DNA of 64,000 nucleotides. It comes from Octopus vulgaris (taxonomy: Eukaryota). The number at the start of each line of letters is the position of its first letter. The first letter of the stretch is position 1. The stretch is from assembly GCA_951406725.2 (NCBI GenBank), contig OX597816.1:7812001-7876000 (forward strand), given 5' to 3'. The notes under the pieces are model-generated. The model saw only the letters and a list, made by a program, of their open reading frames with translations. It was not told the origin of the DNA and did no database searches. Of this stretch, positions 14,213-26,701 are shown one piece after another. Both the position numbers and the translations under genes were made by a program.

Positions 14213-14244
<32 letters not shown>

Positions 14245-15080
14245 CTTGCATTAAAGACCCGTCGTTGCCGGGTCATAGTGCTAGTGCATGTATATATGTG
14301 TATATATATGTGTACATCTATATATATACATCTACACATAAAATGCAAAATACAAAGTTATATCTTGATATCGCTAGTGATAACAATACTCAAAATATAT
14401 AACAAACTGGAATTGTTAGCTCTTCTTTTTTTCTCTACATTGTATACTTTATAGACAATAATAGTCTTTTCTTTAATTTAATTTTTTATTATCCATCTGG
14501 ACTATTCCATTTCTGCACGCTAATTTTATTTTTAATTTATTCCCATTCATGTGAAACCACTTATTCAAGTTCAAATCATTGATGCAATTTTATACCAATT
14601 GCTATTTTTACTTATATTATACTTTAGTTTGATTTTAATTATTACTTACTACATATAATTAAATTGTTATTATTATTTTTATTGTTAAAGTGAAAGCATC
14701 TGACATAAAATAGAGAAATATTTTTGTTTCACTTTTAACACGTAATACTGAAATAGTGGAGATATGATATTGCTATGGGCTCGCTCTAGGCAAGAAGTTG
14801 AACATTTTTTTTTACCCATGAAACTACATGGACCCTAAGTAAGGCATGTGTAAAATTTGAATGAAATTGGTTGTGTAGTTCTCAAGTTTTAGGGAAACAC
14901 ACAGACAGACACACATTCTCAGTTTTATATATATAAAGATATATATATATAGTTGAAACATTCCTGTCACAACCTGGGACCTTGAAGACTGCTAAAATGC
15001 AAGAAAGTATACTAGTCCCCTAATATTTGATATTCAATATTTCATCTATTCAATAAGACAATCAATACTTCATTTCATTT

Positions 15081-15127
<47 letters not shown>

Positions 15128-15242
15128 CTATACTATATATTCTACATTAACATTATAAAGAATATAAATAAAACATAAAAAGCAGATAGAGTTGGAATTC
15201 CTTTGAATAATATATATCCTTCTATACACAATCATACAAACC

Positions 15243-15248
<6 letters not shown>

Positions 15249-15319
<71 letters not shown>
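15249..15319. repeat. (TA)n(GA)n microsatellite, representative of many (TA)n, (CA)n, (AAT)n and (GAT)n tracts
   Basis: Direct reading. Confidence 0.95.
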
Positions 15320-15324
<5 letters not shown>

Positions 15325-15581
15325 TATTTCATTCCACACGGTTAGAAACATAGGTAAAATAGAAGTTGAGAATGCACTGAGAATAGTTATGTTTAAAGAT
15401 TAAATTAGGGCAAGCTTCAAACGCTAGTCAGGAGCAAAGACAGCTGCAACACAAGTCACGTCATTCTATTTCAACTTTCTGAAAAATCAATCAAACTTGT
15501 GAAACTGGTTAAATATTTAAATACAATAAAAATAAAACATTTTAACTATTCTAAGTGCATTTTCAACTTCTATTTTACCTA

Positions 15582-16395
15582 TCAATCACAAACGCCTTCA
15601 GGTAGATGGCCCTGCTCGGTCTGTAAAAAAGGTGTAGGTAGAAACTCTATAAGATGCACCAAGTGTAAGCTATGGACACATAAGAGGTGCAGCAATGTCA
15701 AAGGAAGGCTAACTAGGAAAATAGTTTTTGTCTGTGGCAAATGCTCAGGAGCAATAAACACTGGAAATGTGCAGAGACCAACTTCTGCCACGTTCCAGGG
15801 AGACAAACTAGAAGTAGTTGATAGCTTCCGCTACCTAGGAGACCAAGTCAGTAGCGGGGGTGGGTGTGCTGAAAGTGTAACTGCTAGAGTAAGAATAGCC
15901 TGGGCAAAGTTTAGAGAGCTCTTACCCCTGCTGGTGACAAAAGGCCTCTCGCTCAGAGTAAAAGGCAGACTGTATGATGCATGTGTACGTACAGCCATGC
16001 TACATGGTAGTGAAACATGGGCCGTGACTGCTGAGGATATGCGTAAGCTCGCAAGAAATGAAGCCAGTATGCTCCGATGGATGTGTAATGTCAGTGTTCA
16101 TAATCGTCAGAGTGTAAGTTCCTTGAGAGAAAAGTTGAACCTAAGAAGCGTCAGTTGTGGTGTGCAAGAGAGACGGCTGCGCTGGTATGGTCATGTGACG
16201 AGAAAGGCTGAAGATAGTTGTGTGCAAAAGTGCTACACCCTAGCGGTTGAGGGAACCTGTGGAAGAGGTAGACCCAGGAAAACCTGGGACGAGGTGGTGA
16301 AGCACGACCTTCGAACTTTAGGTCTCACTAAGGAAATGTCTAGAGACCGAGACCTATGGAAGTATGCTGTGCGTGAGAAGACCCGGCAAGACTAG
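15582..16395 (+). pseudogene. LINE ORF2 fragment: C4HC3 (PHD-like) finger followed by RT thumb/C-terminal region
   Basis: CSVC-x10-CTKC-x4-HKRC-x14-CGKC then LEVVDSFRYLGDQVS; the listed start at 15499 lies in AT-rich flank. Confidence 0.82.
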
Positions 16396-17657
16396 TCAGG
16401 CCATAACCCATGGCCCCTACCTGGGACGTAGTCAGTCCTCCTGTGCATAGCTTCCTTCTTGTGACACTTATGAAGACCTGTTGAGGCAAGTGAAAATCAA
16501 ATCAAAACAAATCAAAATAGATGAACATCAGTGGAATTGTATTCTTTGTGGTACCAGTGCCGGTGGCACACAAGAAAACCACCCAAACGTGGCCGTAGCC
16601 AGTACCGCATCGACTGGCCTCCGTGCTGTGGGCACAACAAACACCATCCGATCGTGGCCGTTCGCCAGCCTCACCTGGCACCTGTGTCGGTGGCACATAA
16701 AGACACCATCCGAAGACCCGGCGACGTAGTCAGTCCACCTGTGCATACCTTCCCTCTTATGACACTTGTGAAGACCTGTTGAGGCAAGTGTGTGACACTT
16801 GTGAAGACCTGTTGAGGCAGAGGCAAGTGTGTGACACTTGTGGAGACCTGTTGAGGCAAGTGTGTGACCCTTGTGAAGACCTGTTGAGGCAAGTGAAAAT
16901 CAAACCAAATCAAAATAGATGAACATCAATGGAATTTGTATCTTTGTGGTTCCAGTACCGGTGGCACACAGGAAAACCATCCGAACGTGGCCGTGGCCAG
17001 TGCCGCATCGACTGGCCTCCGTGCTGTGGGCACGCAACAAACACCATCCGATCGTGGACGTTTGCCAGCCTCATCTGGCACCTGTGTCGGTGGCACATAA
17101 AAACACCATCCGAAGACCCGGCAAGACTAGTCAGGCCATAACCCGTGGCCCCTGCCTGGGACGTTGTCAGTCCACCTGTGCATACCTTCCTTCTTGTGAC
17201 ACTTGTGAAGACCTGTTGAGGCAAGTGAAAATCAAATCAAAATAGATGAACATCAATGGAATTTGTATCTTTGTGGTACCAGTGCCGGTGGCACACAAGA
17301 AAATCATCCGAACGTGGCCGTAGCCAGTACCGCATAGACTGGCCTCCGTGCTTTGGGGACGTAACAAACACCATCCGATCGTGGCCGTCCGCCAGCCTCA
17401 TCTGGCACCTGTGTCGGTGGCACATAAAAACACCATCCGAGCGTGGCCGTTCGCCAGCCTCGACTGGCACCTGTGTCGGTGGCACATAAAATCACCCACT
17501 ACACTCTCGGAGTGGTTGGCGTTAGGAAGGGCATCCAGCTGTAGAAACACTGCCAGATCTGACTGGCCTGGTGCAGCCTTCGGGCTCCCCAGACCCCAGT
17601 TGAACCGTCCAACCCATGCTAGCATGGAAAACGGACGCTAAATGATGATGATGATGA

Positions 17658-17660
<3 letters not shown>
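15582..17660 (+). mobile_element. 5'-truncated RTE-type non-LTR retrotransposon (ORF2 C-terminus, long repetitive 3' UTR, (GAT)n tail)
   Basis: Open frame to TAG at 16395 with RT-thumb motifs FRYLG, LHGSETW, RLRWYGHV, GRGRPRKTW; the 3' UTR ends ggacgctaaatgatgatg like the abundant tail copies in the window. Confidence 0.88.
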
Positions 17661-17693
<33 letters not shown>

Positions 17694-17966
17694 ATGTTTA
17701 TATGCCAACACAGCGTGGAAGTTCTATAGAAGACATACATTTAAAGAGAGAGACACACACTCACAGATATAAATTTGCTCTTAGTAAATAGATAGCTATC
17801 CTTTAGGGCACAGCTGTGTGTCAATAGCCAGCTGGAAAAGATATTTTCCTGGGGCTATAACAACAGTAACATCGTCCTGTAAAGGACTGCCACGTTATGT
17901 TGACATATAAACATCACTATCTGATACTGTTACTGTACATCTCTCACTCAAAGATTTAAAACAAGT

Positions 17967-18014
<48 letters not shown>

Positions 18015-18287
18015 CATACATACTAGTATTATAAACCAGTTTCATTTGGGTCTACTTGGGCCACATTTTAACAATGAGGAATTTTGCCCTAGAATTTTGC
18101 CTTTCAATTGAGCAAACTCAAAGTTGCCATGCAAACTCCCCAGCACTTTTAACATAGGTGTGCAAATTTTCAGGTCATTCCAACCACATTTACTAACACT
18201 TTTGCCTGCACAACTGCTTGTGAGACAACATCTGCCCTTTTCACAAATATATGGTAGATATATATATATATATATATATATATTTTT

Positions 18288-18426
18288 ATTTATTATATAG
18301 AAGGAGCTTCTACAGGACTAGAACTGTTTCATTCAAGAGAAATCTTCAGGAAGCACTGAGCTTCCTGAAGATTTCTCTTGAATGAAACAGTTCTAGTCCT
18401 GTAGAAGCTCCTTCTATATAATAAAT
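18288..18426. repeat. Perfect 67-bp inverted repeat with 5-nt loop
   Basis: 18288-18354 is the exact reverse complement of 18360-18426. Confidence 0.95.
18358..18410 (+). ncRNA. Putative type I hammerhead ribozyme (mirrored on the - strand at 18304-18354)
   Basis: Stem I gagcttc/gaagctc, core CTGAAGA, stem II ttc/gaa, GAAA, stem III acag/ctgt, GTA cleavage triplet. Confidence 0.65.
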
Positions 18427-18607
18427 TAATTTTACTCTGCTATGTATTGAGTACCTTATTTACTGTGGTTAACCCCGAATCAACCCGGGACCTACATATA
18501 TATATATATATACATATTGTCAATAAAAAGGGTAGAATTAATTAATTATTAATTAATTCGACCGAGCAGTGTTCCGTATGTAAAAAGACCATTTACAGTA
18601 TATTTGA

Positions 18608-18808
18608 AATATTAATTTATAAAAATAGGGTAAAGTAAATTATTTTACTTTACCACACACCAAGCTTTTTAGAAATAGCAGCCAAAAATTTGGCTATTTC
18701 TTCAACTTTTTCTTGCAGTTGAAGAAATAGCCAAATTTTTGGCTGCTATTTCTAAAAAGCTTGGTGTGTGGTAAAGTAAATTATTTTACTTTATCCTATT
18801 TTTATAAA

Positions 18809-18816
<8 letters not shown>
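18608..18816. repeat. ~100-bp inverted repeat with 9-nt loop
   Basis: 18608-18707 vs 18717-18816, about 3 mismatches. Confidence 0.92.
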
Positions 18817-18839
<23 letters not shown>

Positions 18840-19021
18840 GATCGCTAGCCACTGCACATTCTTTATTTTCTCTCCTTGTTCCTTTCTGTGGAAGAGCATA
18901 GGATCAAAACATTAAAGACTTTTCCACTTCCCGAATGTTAAACTAATACATCTGTTTGTTGTCTACACCACCTGCCTTCGTCTTTTATTAATTTTCCCTA
19001 TATACGTGTGTGTGAGTATCT

Positions 19022-19067
<46 letters not shown>

Positions 19068-20638
19068 TAGCAGTTGCTCGGGTTTGTAAGGGAAATAACT
19101 ATAAAGCATTTTTAGAGAGTTATAGCAAAAAAAATAGCCAAAAAATGGGAAAAAAATTATGGTAAATTTTTTTTTGAGAGTTAAAAAGGTTGAGTTGCGT
19201 CCCCTAGACAGTCTGTGGTTTGTGTTTCTGATTCTCGACCCCATGTCGAATTTATCAATTTTTTTCAGAACTGGGGGAACTTTTCAAAATTTTCGCTGCG
19301 TTAGTTTTGAATTATGACATTGGGCTATGTGTGTATCAAGTTTCATCAGAATCGGTTGAAAGCCGTGGTCAGGGTGAGGGTACAACCTAACAGACACACA
19401 GACACACACACAGACAAACTGCCGTTTATATATAGAGAGATATATGTATGTATCTATATATACATATTTGTATCCTATTATCCAGTACAATTATCATCAT
19501 CATCATCATCGTTTAGCGTCCGCTTTCCATGCTAGCATGGGTTGGACAGTTCAACTGGGGTCTGGGAAGCCAGAAGGCTGCACCAGGCCCAGTCTGATCT
19601 GGCAATGTTTCTACAGCTGGATGCTCTTCCTAACGCCAACCACTCCGTGACTGTAGTGGGTGCTTTTTAGGTGCCAGACGGAGCTGGCAAACGGCCACGG
19701 ACGGATGGTGCTTTTTACGTGCCGCCGGCACGGGGGCCAGGCGAGGCTGGCAACGGCCACGAACGGATGGTGCTTTTTACGTGCCACCGGCACGAGGCCA
19801 GTCGGGGCGGCACTGGCAACGGCCACGTTCGGATAGTTCTCTTACGTGCCACCGGCACTGGTATCACAGTTGCAATTTCCATTAATGTTGATTGATTTCG
19901 ATTCTCACTTGCCTCAACAGGTCTTCACAATTAGAGTTTTGTGTCCCAAGAAGGAAAGGTATGCATAAGTGGACTGGCTACATCCCATGTAGAGGCCACG
20001 GGTTATGGTGAGACCATAACCCGTGGCCTCTATATCATCATCATCTAATGTCTGTTTTCCATGCTGGTATGGGTTGGACAGTTTGACAGGAGCTGGAAAG
20101 CCTCAGAGCTGCACCAGGCTCCAGTCATCTGTTTTGGTGTGGTTTCTATGACTGGATGCCCTAATAACAACTATCTATTTACTAAGAGTGAATTTATGTG
20201 CGTGTCTCTCCCCACCCTTCTCTCTCTATGTATATAGATATATAAAATGGAACAAGAATGTGACTGGCGACAACAAAACATTCGGACAGTTAGACGATAC
20301 AAAAAAAGGACAAGTAAAAACAAGGACGGGGCATTTGGAGTTTTCAATCTTCAGTCAAGTACCAGATTGTCTTTGCAGTTTTGGCCAGTTACTCTCGTGA
20401 CTGCTTTAATATGGCTGGCCCCAAGAGAATCTAAGCTAAGAGCACTAGATTCTTTGGAAGAAAGCAAGCGAATGTATACAAAAACAAGGACGGAAAAAAA
20501 CGGAGAAATGGTACACAATTACAAATGATAGGTGTCTTTCGACTAAGGACAAATTAAATTAAGCTGGCGTGTGTGGAAGTGAAAGCCTTACTGCAGGAAC
20601 ATTGATGAAAGTCATGGGAAGGAATGAATATATATCTA

Positions 20639-20675
<37 letters not shown>

Positions 20676-20974
20676 TTCTTTACTACCCACAAAGGGCTAA
20701 ACACAGAGAAGACAAACAAACGGATTAAGTTGATTACCTCGACCCCAGTGCGTAACTGGTACTTAATTCATTGACCCCGAAAAGATGAAAAGCAAAGTCG
20801 ACCTCGGTGGAATTTGAACTCAGAACGTAACAGCAGACGAAATACAGTTACGCATGTCGCCCAACATGCTAATAACTCTGTCAGCTCGCTGACTTTATAT
20901 ATATATGTCAGGATGCCATGATAGATCGTTAGCTCCTACACGCATTTTTTTCTCTCCTTGTTTTTTTCTGTGTA

Positions 20975-21012
20975 TCTTTCTGTTGAAGAGCGTAGGCTCG
21001 AAACGTAAAAGA
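20975..21012 (+). ncRNA. Putative minimal (Penelope-type) hammerhead, variant core
   Basis: tcttt-CTGTTGA-a-gagc(gtag)gctc-GAAACGTA-aaaga. Confidence 0.5.
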
Positions 21013-22227
21013 CTTTTTCTATTTCTATTCCTGAGCGCCATACTAATACATTTGTTTGTTTGTACTCCACCTGCCTTCGTCTTTTGTTTATTTTAGTAAA
21101 CTTTCCCTTTATATATATATATATATATCAGTGTGTGTGTGTGAAAATATGCAAATTTCAATGGTTGAGTGAAAAATAATCAAAATTTATTAACAAAACA
21201 TTTGAATTCCAATCATGTCAATCTTGCTTTTTTTTTATGGATCAGCAATTTTTTTCAATATTACTAAGATAAGCTTTGTAACTGTGACCGTCCCAGCTTT
21301 TAATGGCTACAGAGTTTATTTTTCAAATCTTCCAAACATGACAATCCTGTCATTTTTTTTGTTGATTCAGCAATTTTTACATTTATTAATATCCTTATCA
21401 TGACCATCCCTTCTGTGGTCAAATTTAAATTTCAAATCAGACAGACACTAATACAATTTTTATGATAAAGCAATATCACAAGAATCAAAATCTAAAATAT
21501 AATTAATGATGAATCAACAGTTGTCTCCAGGTTTAACCCTTTCGTTACTGTATTTATTTTGAGATGCTCCGTGTTTCTTTCAATTACATTAAATATAACG
21601 AAAAATTTAGCAAAATAACTCAGTTATCATTCAGCTAGTTTTAGGAACATAAATTGTGACTAAGGTTTGGTGGAAGATTTTAATTCAGAACTTATGAAAA
21701 CAAGACATTTGTACTACAGAGCCAGAGGCAGTTTCAGCCGGGTTGGTAACAAAAGGGTTTAAAATACACAGATCGTCATTTATCGTCCGTTTTCCATGCT
21801 GGTATGGGTTGGACATTTTGACAGGAGGTGGCAAGGCCAGAGGCTGCACCAAGTTTCATAGTTTGGTTTGACATGGTTTCTATGGCTGGATGCCCTTCCT
21901 AACGACAAACACTTTACTGGGTGCTTTTTACATGGCACCATCACCAGTGCTTTTTGCGTGGCACCATCACCAATGGTTTGTGGGTGGGTGAGAGGCATGA
22001 TGCAAAGAGATGTAGTTTTGTCATTGTTCTTGATAAAGAAACAAGACATAGAATTACCATGCAGCGCTTGGATAATATCAGATAAATGGATGACATACAA
22101 CCAACAAGACCAGCTTAGAAGGGATTCTTAAAAAACTGTGCCAAATATGTTTTTATAAAATTAGTTCTATAAAACGATGAGATGGTCACAAATGGAAGGC
22201 TAGGAAGTGTGTAACAAAGCTACTTAC

Positions 22228-22295
22228 ATTTGTCGGCCAATCTCCCCTAGAGCTAATAAAGAAAACAGCTTCACAGAATCAGAGGCCTTTGCATG
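22228..22295 (-). CDS. CAND1: CAND1 exon 23/28
   Basis: HAKASDSVKLFSLLALGEIGRQ(I); cag / gtaagt. Confidence 0.93.
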
Positions 22296-22774
22296 CTGAA
22301 AAGAGAGACATGAAACAATTAATTAACATTAATTAAGAATTATAAAAGATTGAAGTAAACTCCAGTAGAAGAGGTAGAACCCTATACTAAATGCTTCCCA
22401 GTAATTTACTTTCACCCTGTCTACTTTCCAAGTTCCCATCCTGTCAGGGTATTTACCTTTCATGTCATCACAATCAACTATAGCGCCCTCTCTCTCTCTC
22501 CTATAAATTGTTGATCTAATAGAAACTACAGAATATCATCCCCTTCCTCCTCATCATTTAACATCCACTTTCCATGCTGGCATGGGTTGGACAGTATTAC
22601 AGGGCCTGGCAAGCCACAAGGCTGCATCAAGCTGCAATCTCAGTTTTGGTATGGTTTCTACAGTTGAAAGCCTGTCCTAGTGCCAACCACTTTTCCGAGT
22701 AATTCTTCTAAACAGAATAAGGTGTCATATTGCATTGCTATGATACAAAAATCAAATTGGACTTTAGCCAAATA

Positions 22775-23197
22775 CAGGAGTTGGACAAAATAAAGGAAAC
22801 ACCTAGCATCATAATTTTGGAATATCTAGAAAACCGTCAAAAGCTTGTTTATTTTCATGTTTTTTTCATTTATTATTAGTGTTGCTTAATATGTTTTGCT
22901 AAAATTGCTGTTTCTTTTCAGATATCAGAAAAAGGTAATTAAAATTCATTAAAATGACAGATCAAAGAGGTCAAATTGCTGGTGCTCGTTTGGCAGGTGC
23001 TAGAGTAATGAAACCAGCTGGAATATTTGTTTTAGTTGAAGAATGGACAAAAATTCCTTTGGAAACAATTCAAACTTTGTACAAGTCCAAACCTCATAGA
23101 AAACAAGCTGTAATTACTGCCTAAGGTGGTCCTACCAACTATTAAAATAAATTTGTTTGAAATTTTAAGGTGTTTCCATTATTTTGTCCAACCCCTG
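22775..23197 (+). mobile_element. Non-autonomous Tc1-like element
   Basis: TIRs caggagttggacaaaataaaggaaacacct / aggtgtttccattattttgtccaacccctg, TA flanks, remnants QRGQIAGARLAG and EWTKIPLETIQTL. Confidence 0.82.
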
Positions 23198-24050
23198 TAG
23201 ATCGATATATGATGATGACTATCACAAATTTTCCAAAGATTTAACAGCTGCTGTTGCTGCCACCACCGCCACCACCACTATCCTTATTATTTCACGTCTG
23301 TTTTGTCCATGCTGGCATGGGTTGGGCAGTTTGACAGGAGCTGGCAATCAGGAGGGCTGCACTATGCTTCAGTCATCTGGTTTGGCATGGTTTCTATGGC
23401 TGGCTGCTCTCACTGATGCCAACTGCTTTACTGAGTGCACTGGTGGCTTTTATATGTGCCACCAGCACAAACCCTTTTTATGTGCCACCAGCACAAGCCC
23501 TTTTTATGTGGCACTGGCACAGATGCTTTTACATGGTACCAGCACAGGCCCTTTTTTTATTATGTGGTGACAGCATAGGTGCTTTTGTATGTATTACTAG
23601 TACCTGTCGAGTTGCTGTCAGATTTCAACACAGCATATTTCAAGATATTAGCAGGGGCTCTACGAGGTAATAATGCCAAACATACCAAATACATAATTGC
23701 CCCCTATGGACAGTTATCATCATCATCATCATCATCATTTAGCATCCGTTTTCCATGCTAGCATGGGTTGGATGGTTCGACCAGGGTCTGAGAGGCCAGG
23801 AGGCTGCACCAGGCTCCAGTCTGATCTGGCAGTGTTTCTATAGCTGGATGCCCTTCCTAACGCTAACCACTCCATGAGTGTAGTGGGTGCTTCTTATGTG
23901 CCAGGGCAGGCTGGCAACGGCCACGATCGGTTGGTGCTTTTTACGTGCCACCAGCGCAGGTATCACAACTACAATTTCCATTTGATTTTTTGATGATGAT
24001 GTATTTGGAAATAATTAAAATGGTTGATAAAGTCAATGTCAAATACTTAC

Positions 24051-24140
24051 CCTAATATCTGCTACAAACTGGTTAATAACTTTGGGAGCTTCTGTCTGAC
24101 TTATTATAGCAGCAACACACTTGGCAATCGAATGAAATGC
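24051..24140 (-). CDS. CAND1: CAND1 exon 22/28
   Basis: AFHSIAKCVAAIISQTEAPKVINQFVADIR; cag / gtaagt. Confidence 0.94.
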
Positions 24141-24232
24141 CTGGAACAAAACAAAAGCCATCCATAGTTATTCTTAAAACAACAAGACAAACACAGACTT
24201 TTTAAAAAGAATACATTAAATGTTTTTTTTAC

Positions 24233-24307
24233 CTGTTTATGTACAGCTAAAACAGCATTACTTGATTGCACCCCAGACACAGGATTATATACAGGTGTAA
24301 TGAGCAT
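24233..24307 (-). CDS. CAND1: CAND1 exon 21/28
   Basis: MLITPVYNPVSGVQSSNAVLAVHKQ; tag / gtaaa. Confidence 0.92.
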
Positions 24308-25496
24308 CTACAGAAATAAATGAAAATTAATTAAATTAAATCATTAATTGCTCATTGTAAACGAAATACCTTTGGAATGTACTGAAAAAGTCTGAGAAAC
24401 AAGTTTGTGGTATCAGATGCTATCAGGATAAAACTCGATTTGTTGGAATCAAAATGTCCTTTAAAAATCCATGACTGAATTGTTGGTGTTCAATGTAACA
24501 ATGTTTTACATAAATATCTGAATTTAGAAAGAGCAAGTTTATATTTATATATCCTAATTAAATTTGTTGAGAATGCTTATTTTAAGCAATGATAATTCAA
24601 CAAATTCTTATCTAGAAAAAAAAATAAAGAAGCAATAACAGAGACAGCCTGGCCCTAGGTTTCTTTGACAGAGGAGATTTTATATATATATATATATAGT
24701 GGCCAGTTTACCCCGCCTAGCTCCTGTGCCAGCAGCACGTTGCTCCAGTTCACTCAGCTGAGAAATGAGTTGCGACATCACAGCTGCCAAGCCCACGGCC
24801 CCTTGCCTTTCCCTTGGTGCTGGTGGCAACCTTGCCCAGACTTGTGCCTCAGAGGGTAACTTTCTAGGTGCAACTCAAGGTCAGTCATAAGCAAAGGGTC
24901 TCAGCAGCATATATATATAGTGGCCAGTTCCTCCCGACTGGCTCCCGTGCACCATCTGAAAATGACACCATCCGAATGCACCATCCAAATGTGGATGATG
25001 CCAGGTCCACCTGACTGGCTTTTGTGCCAGTGGCACATAAAAAGCACCCATACGTTCTTGGAATGGTTGGCATTAAGAAGGGCATCCAATTGTAGAAACA
25101 TTGCCAGATCAGATTGGTGCCTGGTGAAGCCTTCTGGCTTGCCAGGCCTCAGTCAAACTGTCCAACCCATGCCAGCATGGAAAATGGATATTAAACGATG
25201 ATGACGATGATGATATATATAGGAAGGCATCCAGCTGTAGAAACCAAGCCAAATCAGACTGGAACCTGCTGCAGCTCCCTGATTTACCAGTTCCAGTCAA
25301 ACCGTTTAACCCATCCCAGCATGGAAAGCCGGTGTTAAATGACAATGATGATGATGATACACACACATACACACAGAGGATAAAATATTGATGTCTTTCT
25401 GAAGGCTATCAGTATTGTAAGGGAAATAGTTTCAAACTGAATGGACAAGAAGACAGCTGACCAAAAGAGTAAATCTCCACACAAACATTAGGACCA

Positions 25497-26053
25497 GTTT
25501 GGTTTCTGATTACAAATATCTTGGGTCATACATATCATCATCTGGAAAAGACTTTCTAACTAGAAAGGGTATGGCCTGGTCAGCCTGTAATGACATACAT
25601 AAGATCTGGTCATCAAATCTAAGTAGAGACTTCAAACTTGAAATCTTCAAAGCCACAGTCGAACCAATTCTACTATATGGCTCAGAAACCTGGACGTTAT
25701 CAAAGAAGCTTGAGAGGCGGTTGGATGGAACCTACATTCGCCTCCTTATGAGAGCTCAAAATCTCTCGTGGAAACGCCATCCAACCAAAATCCAAATATA
25801 TGGGAAACTACCACCTGTGTTATCTCTTGTGAAAGGTAGGAGAGTTCAGTTTGCTGGACATTGTTGTAGAGCTGAAAAAGAAGTAATCTACTCGCAATAC
25901 CAGAGGGCACACACTCTCCTACCCTGATGTAATCTCCAGGGATACAGGCATCCAGCAACAGGACCTCCGTAATGCCATGATGGACCGTGAAGTCTGGCAT
26001 AGCATGGTAAATTCCATTGTCTCGACCACAGTCGAACAATGATAATGATGATG
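25497..26053 (+). mobile_element. 5'-truncated RTE-like LINE, second family
   Basis: DYKYLGSYI...EPILLYGSETWTL...RRVQFAGHC; tail aacaatgataatgatgatg. Confidence 0.85.
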
Positions 26054-26701
26054 GTTTCTAGCAACTAATATATTTTAACCCCTTAGCATTCATATTATTC
26101 TGTCAAATGTACTATTTTATTCAAATTGTTTTGAATTAATCATGCCTTACTTCATACCTTTGAGATTTCAATGATGTAATGTGATCATTGCCAGAACGGC
26201 TATCTGGCCTCCATGCCCGTGGCATGTAAAAGACACCATTCGAACGAGATCGTTACCAGTACTGCCTGACCGGCCCCATGCTGGTGGCACGTAAAAGCAC
26301 CCACTACATTCTCGGAGTGGTTGGTGTTAGGAAGGGCATCCAGCTGTAGAAACTCTGCAAGATTAAGATTGAGGCCTGGTGCAGCCATCTGGTTCGCCAG
26401 CCCTCAGTCAATTGTCCAACCCATGCTAGCATGGAAAGTGGACATTAAACGATGATGATGATGATGATGAATTACATAGTAGAATAGGTGGGACAGGCCA
26501 GATCTGGTCATTTCCCCCATAAATTTAGGCCAAATATGGCTGGTTCGAATGCTAAATGTATCCAGCAAAATGCATTCTACTTATGATAAATGCAATTCTG
26601 TTCAGTCATCAGACTTTGATGTTTAGACAAATGTTATTCCAATAAATTTACAACAAAGAATGACAGGAACAATAAGCAAATAATAATGAAATGATAGTTA
26701 C

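Noticed and set aside
16760-16893. CRISPR-like ~33-bp direct repeats
   Set aside because: No unique spacers, eukaryotic context and no cas genes; it is a tandem expansion within a LINE 3' UTR.
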